Shown: positions 56,189 through 64,000 of the stretch, piece by piece
Numbering within the stretch: the first letter of the stretch is position 1
Layout of the letters: every line of letters starts with the position of its first letter
NCBI RefSeq assembly: GCF_000744815.1
Contig: NZ_JQMQ01000005.1
Span: forward strand, 4,729,801 to 4,793,800
Direction of reading: 5' to 3'
DNA length: 64,000 bases
From: Phaeacidiphilus oryzae TH49
GTDB lineage: Bacteria > Actinomycetota > Actinomycetes > Streptomycetales > Streptomycetaceae
The notes under the pieces: model-generated
Seen by the model: only the letters and a program-made list of their open reading frames with translations
Told to the model about the DNA's origin: nothing
The model's database searches: none
Position numbers and translations under genes: made by a program

Positions 56189-57430
56189 GTGGGCAGGGCG
56201 CGGACCGGGACCGACCGGCGGGCGGAGATCCTCCGCGCGGCCGGCGAGCTGTTCCAGCGCCGCGGCTTCCACCAGGTGTCGATGAACGAGGTCGCCGCCG
56301 CGGTGGAGATCACCGCGCCCGCCCTCTACCGGCATGTGCGCGGCAAGCAGGAGCTGCTGCGGCAGACCGTGACGGCGGTGCTGGACGGCTTCGAGGCGGC
56401 GCTTGCGCCCGCCCTGGCCCCCGCGCGGGCCGGCGGCCGCCCCTCGCTGGACTCCCTGGCCGAGGCGCTGGCCACGGCCACCCTGGACAACCGCACCCTC
56501 GGGGCGCTGCTCCACCGCGAGGTGCGCTACCTGGAGCCGGAGCGCCGGGCCGAGGCGGAGGACCGGCTGCGGCGGATCGCCGAGGAGATCGCCGCCGCGC
56601 TGGACGCCGCCGGGGCGCCGGGCGAACCCCGGCTGCGTGCCTGGGCGGCGCTGTTCGCCTACGGCAGCGTCTCGCTGCACGGGGCCTCGCTGCCCCGGGC
56701 GAGGTTCGAACGGCAGCTGGCCGGACTCGGGCGGGCGCTCTTCACCGTGCCGCTCGGAGCGGCCACCGACCGGCCCCGGCCGCAGCCGGCCGAGAGCGGC
56801 GGGCCCGCGCCCTCCCGGCGGGAGGAGCTGCTGCGGGCCGCCGTCCGCCTCTTCCACCAGCGCGGCTTCGAGGCGGTCAGCGTCAACGAGCTGGGCGCGG
56901 CGGTCGGGATCGCCGGGCCCAGCGTCTACAAGCACTTCGGCGGCAAGGCCGAGATCCTCGCCGCGGCCTCGGCGCGCACCCGGGAGCGGGTGCGGCTGGC
57001 GATGGAGGGCGCCCTCGCGGCGCCCGGCGGATCCGGCACGCCGGGGGAGACCCTGGAGCGGATGCTCGACGCGTACATCGACTACGCCGTGGGCAACCCC
57101 GACAACCTGGGGCTGGTCCCCACCGGAACGGTCCACCTCCCGGAGCCGGACCTGCGGGAGTCGCTGGCCTTCCGGCGGGAGTTCGTCGGCGGCTGGGCCG
57201 GGCTGCTCGGCGAGAGCCGGCCCGGGCTGGAGCCCACCGCCGCCAGGATCACCGTGCAGGCGGCGGTCACCCTGATCAACGACGCGGTCAGCCTGGCCCC
57301 GCTGCGCGACCGGCCCGATCTGGGGCCGCGACTGCGCGAGTTGGGGCGCGCGGTGTTGCAGATCACCCCGGCCCATCGGGCCCCGGCGGCCGGCCGAACG
57401 TCCCTGGACAGCGGAGATAAAGACGGCTAG
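56189..57430 (+). CDS. TetR/AcrR family regulator with two tandem TetR domains
   Basis: Two HTH regions (RRAEILRAAGELFQRRGFHQVSMNEVAAAVEITAPALYRHV and RREELLRAAVRLFHQRGFEAVSVNELGAAVGIAGPSVYKHF). Divergent from the ACAD/ACS cluster. GTG at 56189 follows GAAGGCGAGGACGAG. Confidence 0.75.
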   Translation: MGRARTGTDRRAEILRAAGELFQRRGFHQVSMNEVAAAVEITAPALYRHVRGKQELLRQTVTAVLDGFEAALAPALAPARAGGRPSLDSLAEALATATLDNRTLGALLHREVRYLEPERRAEAEDRLRRIAEEIAAALDAAGAPGEPRLRAWAALFAYGSVSLHGASLPRARFERQLAGLGRALFTVPLGAATDRPRPQPAESGGPAPSRREELLRAAVRLFHQRGFEAVSVNELGAAVGIAGPSVYKHFGGKAEILAAASARTRERVRLAMEGALAAPGGSGTPGETLERMLDAYIDYAVGNPDNLGLVPTGTVHLPEPDLRESLAFRREFVGGWAGLLGESRPGLEPTAARITVQAAVTLINDAVSLAPLRDRPDLGPRLRELGRAVLQITPAHRAPAAGRTSLDSGDKDG

Positions 57431-57510
57431 TACCGCGGTACTGGTGGCGGGCGCGGTTTGGGTGCCGTGGTACCGGATCCGGTCCCGCCGCCGCACCTAG
57501 GGTCGTTCGC

Positions 57511-58491
57511 ATGATCGAGATCCGGAATCTGGTCAAGCGCTACGGCGCGAAGACCGCCGTCGACGGCCTGGACTTCACCGTCCGGCCCGGCGTGGTGACC
57601 GGCTTCCTGGGGCCCAACGGCGCCGGGAAGTCCACCACCATGCGGATGATCGTCGGACTGGACACGCCGACCAGCGGAAGCGTCACCGTCAACGGCCGTC
57701 GCTACGACCGGCACCGGGCGCCCCTCCAGGAGATCGGCGCCCTGCTGGAGGCCCGCGCCGTCCACCCCGGCCGCAGCGCCTACGGCCACCTCCGCGCGCT
57801 CGCGCTCACCCACGGCATCTCGCGGAAGCGCGTCCACGAGGTGATCGAGATGACCGGACTCGGCAAGGTCGCCCGCAAGCGCGCCGGCGGCTTCTCGCTC
57901 GGCATGGGCCAGCGGCTGGGCATCGCCGCCGCCCTCCTCGGCGACCCGCACACGGTGATGCTGGACGAGCCGGTGAACGGGCTGGACCCGGAGGGCGTCC
58001 TCTGGATCCGCAACCTGCTGCGCGGGCTGGCCGAGGAGGGCCGCACGGTCTTCATCTCCTCCCACCTGATGAGCGAGATGGCGCTGACCGCCACCGACCT
58101 GATCGTGATCGGCAAGGGCCGGCTGCTCGCCGACACCACCGTCGAGCGGTTCGTCGAGGAGGCCGGCGGGCGCCGGGTCACCGTCGCCAGCGCCGACCCG
58201 GCGCGGCTGCGCACGGCGCTGCTGGAGGCCGGCGGCCGGGACGGCGCCGCCGCCACCGTCACCGGTGTGCCCGGCTCCGAGGAACTGGAGGTCACCGGGC
58301 TGTCCGCGCGGCGGATCGGCACCGTCGCCGCCGAGCACGGCATCGCCCTCTACGAACTCTCGCCCAAGTGCGTCTCGCTGGAGGAGGCGTTCATGTCCCT
58401 CACCGGCGAGTGCGTCGAGTACCAGGGCAGCTGCACCGCCGGCGCCGCCCCCACCACCGAGAACGTCGAGCACCTCCGGAGCCTCGCATGA
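57511..58491 (+). CDS. ABC transporter ATP-binding protein
   Basis: Walker A GPNGAGKST, Q-loop, ABC signature FSLGMGQRLGIAAAL, Walker B VMLDEP and an H-loop. Confidence 0.9.
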   Translation: MIEIRNLVKRYGAKTAVDGLDFTVRPGVVTGFLGPNGAGKSTTMRMIVGLDTPTSGSVTVNGRRYDRHRAPLQEIGALLEARAVHPGRSAYGHLRALALTHGISRKRVHEVIEMTGLGKVARKRAGGFSLGMGQRLGIAAALLGDPHTVMLDEPVNGLDPEGVLWIRNLLRGLAEEGRTVFISSHLMSEMALTATDLIVIGKGRLLADTTVERFVEEAGGRRVTVASADPARLRTALLEAGGRDGAAATVTGVPGSEELEVTGLSARRIGTVAAEHGIALYELSPKCVSLEEAFMSLTGECVEYQGSCTAGAAPTTENVEHLRSLA

Positions 58492-59351
58492 CCACCGTCA
58501 CCCCCGCCCTCGGCGGACTCCCGCGGCAGCGCGGCCCCCGCGAGGCGGCCCCGCTCCGCAAGGCGCCCGCGGCCGCCCTCCGGGTCAACGGGCTGCGCGT
58601 GCTGCGCGCCGAGTGGGCCAAGTTCTGGTCGCTGCGGTCGAGTTGGACGACCCTGCTGGCAGCGTTCGGGATCCTGGCCGCCCTCGGCCTGGTCGCCGCG
58701 GCCGGCCACAAGCCGACCTCCGCGATGTACACCCCCGGCCTGGGGCGGAACGCGGTCACCATCGCCCTCAGCGGCGTGGACTTCGCACAGCTGGCCTTCG
58801 GCGTCCTCGGCGTCCTCCTCACCGCCGGCGAGTACGCGACCGGGACGATCCGCTCCACGCTGTCGGCGGTGCCGCGGCGGCTGCCGGTGCTGTGGTCCAA
58901 GGTGGCGGTGATCACCGCGATCGCGGCGGGGGTCTCCGGAACCTCGATCCTCACCGCGTTCCTCGGCGGGGCGGGCTTCCTCCACGGCACCGGGATGGGC
59001 CTGTCGCTCGGCGACCCCGGCGTCCTCCGCTCGCTGCTCGGCGCGGTGGGCTACCTGGCGCTGGTGGGCGTCCTCGGGGTGGCGCTCGGCGCGCTGCTGC
59101 GGTCGGTGGCGGGGGCGGTCGCGCTGCTGATCGTCGGCGTGATGCTGATGCGCCTGGTGATCCAGGCGCTGCCGACCTCGCTGCAGAACCTCCTGGGCCC
59201 GTTCATCCCGGGCAACGCGGGCAACTCGATGTACTCTCTCCACCAGATCCCGCACACCCTCTCGCCCGGCGCCGGCGCGGCGGTACTGGCCGGTTGGGCG
59301 GCCCTCGCCCTGGCCGGCGCGGCCTGGCGGCTGCGCCGTACGGACGTCTAG
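58488..59351 (+). CDS. ABC-2 family transporter permease
   Basis: ATGA overlap with the ATPase gene; six transmembrane segments, about 287 aa, typical ABC-2 permease. Confidence 0.8.
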   Translation: MTTVTPALGGLPRQRGPREAAPLRKAPAAALRVNGLRVLRAEWAKFWSLRSSWTTLLAAFGILAALGLVAAAGHKPTSAMYTPGLGRNAVTIALSGVDFAQLAFGVLGVLLTAGEYATGTIRSTLSAVPRRLPVLWSKVAVITAIAAGVSGTSILTAFLGGAGFLHGTGMGLSLGDPGVLRSLLGAVGYLALVGVLGVALGALLRSVAGAVALLIVGVMLMRLVIQALPTSLQNLLGPFIPGNAGNSMYSLHQIPHTLSPGAGAAVLAGWAALALAGAAWRLRRTDV

Positions 59352-59397
59352 GCCGCCCGCGGCCGCTCCCGGGCCCAGGTCCGTCCGCGGTCGTATC

Positions 59398-60801
59398 GTG
59401 ACAAGCGTGACGTCCGCACAACGCACCGCCTGGGCGCTTACGCACCCGCGTGCCCGCGCCTGGCTGCGCCGCTACCGGCGGCTGCGGCGCGCGGACCTGC
59501 GCCACCCCTGGCGGCTCGACCTGCTGCTGGTGGTCCTGGTGGTGATCCTCGGGGTCAGCGGGCTCGGCTATCCGCACCGGGCCCCGTTCGGCCCGTCCAC
59601 CGGGACGGTGCCGACCACGGTGGCCTTCGCCACCATCGCCGGCCAGGGGATCGCGCTCTTCTGGCGGCGACGGGCCCCGCTCGCGGTCTTCTACGTGGTG
59701 CTGGCGCTCTGCACGGCGCAGTGGCTGGGGGGCGCCTTCTACCGCAGCGACGTGGCGCTGATGGTGGCGCTCTACGGGGTCGCCCGGCACAGCCGGGTCG
59801 GGCAGCTGCCGTGGGTGGCCGGGGCGACCCTGGTCGCCCTGGTGGTTCCCGCCGTACGGGCGAATCCGCTGGTCAGCACGCCCGACTCGCTCTTCTTCCT
59901 GATCTCGGCGGCGACCGCGGCGGCCGCGCTCGGACTCGCCGCGAGGATCCGCGAGGCGCAGCTCGCCGTGCTGGCGGAGCGGGCGGCCCGGCTGGAGATC
60001 GAGCGCGAGCAGCGGGTCCAGCTCGCCACCATCGCCGAACGGGAGCGGGTCTCCCGGGAGATGCACGACATCATCGGCCACAACCTGGCCGTCATCATCG
60101 GGCTCGCGGACGGCGGGGCGTCCATCGCCGCAGCCGACCCCGGCAGCGGCGCCGAGGCGATGCGGATCATCTCCGAGACCGGCCGGCACGCCCTGGCCGA
60201 GCTGCGGGCCACCCTCGGCGCGCTGCGCGACCGGCCCGAGAACGGCCGCCTGGACGCCGCGGAGCTCTCGCCGCAGCCCGGGATCGCCGAGCTCCACGGG
60301 CTGCTGGAGCGGCTGCGGGCGGCCGGGCCCGAGGTCGTCTACACCACCTCGGGCGACCCGGAACGGGTCGCGCCCAGCGTGCAGTTGGCGGTGTACCGGA
60401 TCGCCCAGGAGGCGCTGACCAACGCGCTGAAGCACAGTGGATCGGGTACCCGGGTACGGGTGGCGCTGCGGATCACCGACCGCGAGGTGAGGCTCGGCAT
60501 CTGGGACAGCGGGCCGGTCGGCGCGGAGGCGGCGGCCCCGTCGAGGTGGAGACCGGGGCGGGCGGCCGAAGCGGCGGAGGCCGGGGAGGCGGAGCGGCGG
60601 GGCCTCGGGCTGGTCGGCATCCAGGAGCGGGCCGGGCTGATCGGCGGCCGGGCCGGCGCCGGGCCGCGGCCCGGCGGAGGCTGGAAGGTGTGGGCGGTCC
60701 TGCCGCCGCACCCCGATCCGTTCACCGAGGAGTCGGGCGACCCCGAGGAGGACGGGGAAGACCGAGAGCGAGCACCCGACCACGAGGAGGGGCACCGGTG
60801 A
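59398..60801 (+). CDS. Two-component sensor histidine kinase (HisKA_3, NarL-family partner)
   Basis: Transmembrane N-terminus, H-box ERERVSREMHDIIGHNLAVI, HATPase_c (EALTNALKHS...GLGLVGIQERAGLIGG). Confidence 0.85.
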   Translation: MTSVTSAQRTAWALTHPRARAWLRRYRRLRRADLRHPWRLDLLLVVLVVILGVSGLGYPHRAPFGPSTGTVPTTVAFATIAGQGIALFWRRRAPLAVFYVVLALCTAQWLGGAFYRSDVALMVALYGVARHSRVGQLPWVAGATLVALVVPAVRANPLVSTPDSLFFLISAATAAAALGLAARIREAQLAVLAERAARLEIEREQRVQLATIAERERVSREMHDIIGHNLAVIIGLADGGASIAAADPGSGAEAMRIISETGRHALAELRATLGALRDRPENGRLDAAELSPQPGIAELHGLLERLRAAGPEVVYTTSGDPERVAPSVQLAVYRIAQEALTNALKHSGSGTRVRVALRITDREVRLGIWDSGPVGAEAAAPSRWRPGRAAEAAEAGEAERRGLGLVGIQERAGLIGGRAGAGPRPGGGWKVWAVLPPHPDPFTEESGDPEEDGEDRERAPDHEEGHR

Positions 60802-61481
60802 CCACCGTGCTGATCGTCGACGACCACCCGTTGCAGCGGATGGGCTTCCGCATGCTGCTGACGGGCAGTCAGGAGACCACGGTGGTCGGCGAGGCCGAGA
60901 ACGGCGCGGAGGCCGTCCGGAAGACCGCGGAGCTGCGGCCGGACGTGGTGCTGATGGACGTGCGGATGCCGGGGATGGACGGGATCGAGGCGACCCGGCG
61001 GATCGTCGCCTCCGGCGGGCGGTCCCGGGTCCTGGTGCTGACCACCTTCGACCTGGACGAGTACGTCCACGCCGCGCTGCGGGCGGGGGCCAGCGGGTTC
61101 CTGCTGAAGGACGCGCTGCCGGACGAGCTGCTGGCGGGGATCCGGGCGGTCGCGGGCGGCGACGCGGTGGTCGCCCCGGCGCTGACCCGGCGGCTGCTGG
61201 CCAGGTTCACCTCGACGGAGGGGAGCGAGGGGGTGGCGCCGGCCTCCTCGCCCGAGCGGCGGGACGACGTGCGGCTGGCGTCGCTGAGCGGGCGGGAGCG
61301 GGAGGTGCTGGAGGCGGTCGCGGCGGGGCTGACGAACGGTGAGATCGCGGAACAGCTGGTGCTGTCGGAGTCCACCGTCAAGAACCACGTCAGCCGCGTG
61401 ATGACGAAGCTGGGGGCGCGGGATCGGGTGCAGCTGGTCATCTACGCGTACGACGCGGGGCTGGTCCGGCCGTCCGGCTGA
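60798..61481 (+). CDS. NarL/LuxR-family response regulator
   Basis: GTGA overlap with the kinase; receiver domain (VLIVDDHPLQRMGF...DVVLMDVRMPGMDG) and LuxR HTH (LSGREREVLEAVAAGLTNGEIAEQLVLSESTVKNHVSRVMTKLG). Confidence 0.9.
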   Translation: MTTVLIVDDHPLQRMGFRMLLTGSQETTVVGEAENGAEAVRKTAELRPDVVLMDVRMPGMDGIEATRRIVASGGRSRVLVLTTFDLDEYVHAALRAGASGFLLKDALPDELLAGIRAVAGGDAVVAPALTRRLLARFTSTEGSEGVAPASSPERRDDVRLASLSGREREVLEAVAAGLTNGEIAEQLVLSESTVKNHVSRVMTKLGARDRVQLVIYAYDAGLVRPSG

Positions 61482-61508
61482 CGCCCTTTCAGCGCCGCAG
61501 GCGCAACG

Positions 61509-61640
61509 AAGGGGCGCGGGGAACTGCGCGCCCGGCCGGTTACGGTCTGTCAGTCGGCAGCGGAGTTCGGGTTGCAACCCATTGCCCGATGCCGGGTGCG
61601 GCGCCGCAAGTGGCTGGGCGCGCAGTTCCCCGCGCCCCTT
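61509..61640. repeat. Perfect 24-bp inverted repeat pair (AAGGGGCGCGGGGAACTGCGCGCC / GGCGCGCAGTTCCCCGCGCCCCTT) flanking an 84-nt spacer with a central 12-bp palindrome
   Basis: Read directly: IR-L 61509-61532, IR-R 61617-61640, central GGGTTGCAACCC at 61569-61580. Lies in the 180-nt gap between the convergent response-regulator and dnaE genes. Confidence 0.8.
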
Positions 61641-61660
61641 ACTCGGCCCTTCGGGCCTGC

Positions 61661-64000
61661 TTACGCGGCGCCCATCCAGCAGTTGGGGCCGAGGACCGTC
61701 TTCAGTTCGGAGGCGAGGCCGTTCTCGGGGTCGACCGAGAGGCCCAGTTCGAAGAGGACGCTCTTGCGGCGGCCCTGCATCAGCAGCCGGACGGGGACGT
61801 CGCCGGGGTGGGCGCGGAGCGTCCGCTTGAGGTCGGCGATCAGGGGGACGGTGATCCGCGTCTCGGGGACGGCCAGCTGGACCGGCGGGCGGCCGCCGTT
61901 CTCCACCGAGGAGACGTCCAGCGGCTGGATCTCCGAGCCGAAGACGGACAGCGCGCCGTCCCGCTCGTTCAGCCGGCCGCGGACCGACACCACGTTGTCC
62001 TCCACCAGCAGCTGCGAGACCAGCTGGTACGACTTGGGGAAGAAGAGGACCTCCACCGAGCCGTCCCGGTCGGCCAGCTGGATCAGCGCCCACGCGTCGC
62101 CGCGCTTGTTGATCCGCTTGTCGACGGAGGTGATCAGCCCGGCGAGCCGGACCTCGCCCTCGGTCCGCCCGGAGCCCAGCAGCTCGGCCACGGAGGTGTC
62201 CCGGTTGGCGGAGAGGATCTGCTCGGCGCCGTCCAGCGGATGCGCGGAGACGTACAGGCCGAGCATCTCCCGCTCCAGGCCGAGCCGGTGCTTCTTCGGC
62301 CACTCCTGCTCGTCCAGCTGGAAGTCGAGGCCGAAGGACTGGCCGCCGGAGCCGGCCCCGCCGCCCTCCGGTTCGAGGGCGCCGAAGAGGTCGTCCTGGC
62401 CGATCGCCCGCTGCTTCTTGACGCCGGTGACCGCGTCGATCGCGGTCTCCGCGACGGCGGAGAGGCTGCGCCGGGTGTGGCCGAGGGAGTCGAAGGCGCC
62501 GGCCTTGATCAGCGAGTCCATCGCCCGCTTGTTGCAGACCGGGAGCTCGACCTTGTCCAGGAAGTCGGCGAAGGAGCTGTACTTGCCCTTCTCCTTCCGG
62601 GTGGCGACCAGCGACTCGATGACGTTGTCGCCGACGTTGCGGATCGCCCGCAGGCCGAACCGGACGTCCTCGCCGACCGCGGTGAAGTCCGCGACCGACT
62701 CGTTGACGTCGGGGGAGAGGACGCGGATGCCGGCCGAGCGGGCGTCGGCGAGGTAGATCGCGGCCTTGTCCTTGTCGTCGCCGACCGAGGTGAGCAGCGC
62801 GGCCATGTACTCGGCGGGGTAGTTGGCCTTGAGGTAGGCGGTCCAGTAGGAGACCAGCCCGTACGCGGCGGAGTGCGACTTGTTGAAGGCGTAGCCGGCG
62901 AACGGGACCAGCACGTCCCACACCGCCTGGATCGCCTCGTCCGAGTAGCCGCGCTCCTTGCAGCCCGCGTGGAAGGGGATGAACTCCTTCTCCAGGACCT
63001 CCTTCTTCTTCTTGCCCATCGCCCGGCGGAGGAGGTCGGCCTGTCCGAGGCTGTAGCCGGCCAGCACCTGCGCGGCTCGCTGCACCTGCTCCTGGTAGAC
63101 GATCAGGCCGTAGGTGGGGCCGAGGACCTCCGCGAGCGGCTCCTCCAGCTCGGGGTGGATCGGCACGATCTCCTGCTGGCCGTTCTTCCGCAGGGCGTAG
63201 TTGATGTGCGAGTTCATCCCCATCGGGCCCGGCCGGTAGAGCGCCGAGACCGCGGAGATGTCCGCGAACTCGGTGGGCTTCATCAGCCGCAGCAGCGCCC
63301 GCATGGGCCCGCCGTCGAGCTGGAACACGCCCAGGGTGTCGCCGCGGGAGAGGAGTTCGAAGGTCGTCGGATCGTCCAGCGGGATGTCGTCGCAGACGAC
63401 GTCCACGCCCCGGTTGGCCTTGATGATCTGGATGCAGTGGTCGATGATGCCGAGGTTCCGCAGGCCCAGGAAGTCCATCTTGATCAGGCCCATGGACTCG
63501 CAGGACGGGTAGTCGAACCCGGTGATGATGGTGCCGTCCTTGTCCCGCATGTGCATCGGGATCAGGTCGAGCAGCGGGGCCGAGGAGAGGATCACCGCGG
63601 CGGCGTGGACGCCGGTGTTGCGGATCAGGCCCTCGATGCCGAGGCCGGTGTCGATGATCTTCTTGACGTCCGGCTCGTTCTCGTAGAGGGCGCGGATCTC
63701 GGTGCCCTCGTTGTACCGCGGGTGCTCCTTGTTGAAGAGGTCCGCGAGCGGGACGCCCTTGCCCATCACGTCCGGCGGCATCGCCTTGGTGATCCGGTCG
63801 CCCATCGCGAAGGGGTAGCCGAGGATCCGGGAGGCGTCCTTGACGGCGGCCTTGGCCTTGATCGTGCCGAAGGTGTTGACCTGCGCGGTGTACTCGGTGC
63901 CGTACTTCTCCGAGACGTAGCGGACCATCTGGTCGCGCTGGCGGTCGTCGAAGTCGATGTCGACGTCCGGCGGGTTGATCCGCTCCGGGTTGAGGAAGCG
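61661..64000 (-). CDS. dnaE: DNA polymerase III alpha subunit (DnaE), C-terminal part; gene continues beyond the window
   Basis: Pol III alpha finger, beta-binding and OB regions (GLIKMDFLGLRNL, QLDGGPMRALL, LYRPGPMG, QADLLRRAMGKKK, FNKSHSAAYG). The frame is open to the window end. Confidence 0.9.
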   Translation of the reverse strand, partial: RFLNPERINPPDVDIDFDDRQRDQMVRYVSEKYGTEYTAQVNTFGTIKAKAAVKDASRILGYPFAMGDRITKAMPPDVMGKGVPLADLFNKEHPRYNEGTEIRALYENEPDVKKIIDTGLGIEGLIRNTGVHAAAVILSSAPLLDLIPMHMRDKDGTIITGFDYPSCESMGLIKMDFLGLRNLGIIDHCIQIIKANRGVDVVCDDIPLDDPTTFELLSRGDTLGVFQLDGGPMRALLRLMKPTEFADISAVSALYRPGPMGMNSHINYALRKNGQQEIVPIHPELEEPLAEVLGPTYGLIVYQEQVQRAAQVLAGYSLGQADLLRRAMGKKKKEVLEKEFIPFHAGCKERGYSDEAIQAVWDVLVPFAGYAFNKSHSAAYGLVSYWTAYLKANYPAEYMAALLTSVGDDKDKAAIYLADARSAGIRVLSPDVNESVADFTAVGEDVRFGLRAIRNVGDNVIESLVATRKEKGKYSSFADFLDKVELPVCNKRAMDSLIKAGAFDSLGHTRRSLSAVAETAIDAVTGVKKQRAIGQDDLFGALEPEGGGAGSGGQSFGLDFQLDEQEWPKKHRLGLEREMLGLYVSAHPLDGAEQILSANRDTSVAELLGSGRTEGEVRLAGLITSVDKRINKRGDAWALIQLADRDGSVEVLFFPKSYQLVSQLLVEDNVVSVRGRLNERDGALSVFGSEIQPLDVSSVENGGRPPVQLAVPETRITVPLIADLKRTLRAHPGDVPVRLLMQGRRKSVLFELGLSVDPENGLASELKTVLGPNCWMGAA

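Overview
This is a high-GC (about 72%) actinobacterial chromosomal window, Streptomyces-like in codon usage and gene content. Protein identities come from reading the supplied six-frame translations and recognising conserved motifs by eye; starts were refined by reading the nucleotide sequence for RBS-like purine runs and 4-nt start/stop overlaps. No searches were run. About 50 protein genes and one tRNA are supported. The 5' end (49-5774) holds a HisKA_3 sensor kinase, a HAD hydrolase, a TetR regulator, a nitronate monooxygenase, ung and a DedA protein. 5950-11434: a MarC protein, a full-length kdpD-kdpE pair with no kdpFABC next to it, and a serine hydrolase. 11514-16289: an LtrA-family protein, an ECF sigma factor with a C-terminal extension, a PAP2 phosphatase and a BlaI/BlaR1(M56)-like pair. 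16314-25462: two MaoC hot-dog genes, two paralogous two-domain VOC proteins, an NlpC/P60 endopeptidase, an MFS transporter, a Tat-secreted phospholipase C fused to a YVTN beta-propeller, an AIM24 protein and a DJ-1/PfpI protein. The centrepiece is a minus-strand operon at 25541-33885: NfeD/YqiJ-like membrane protein, a 693-aa flotillin and a 1711-aa MoxR-like AAA+ ATPase. Its gene junctions are packed with tandem repeats, and a PucR regulator is transcribed divergently from it. 35259-44024: an atypical-codon hypothetical gene, tRNA-Lys(CTT) with an intrinsic terminator, GPP34, a frameshifted DmpA/P1 peptidase, an LLM oxidoreductase, an ACC-deaminase-family enzyme, a GH18 chitinase with CBM5/12 and a PAS-GGDEF-EAL protein. 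44180-50735: OsmC, a tandem GNAT, a PAS-GAF-PP2C phosphatase and pccB plus its epsilon subunit. 50755-57430: MarR, a lipoprotein, aqpZ and an acyl-CoA synthetase/DUF35/ACAD cluster with a divergent tandem-TetR. 57511-64000: an ABC-2 transporter with a NarL-type two-component pair and the 3' part of dnaE. Notable non-genic structure: several 9-bp tandem repeat arrays, a 24-bp perfect inverted repeat pair, and two apparent frameshifts.
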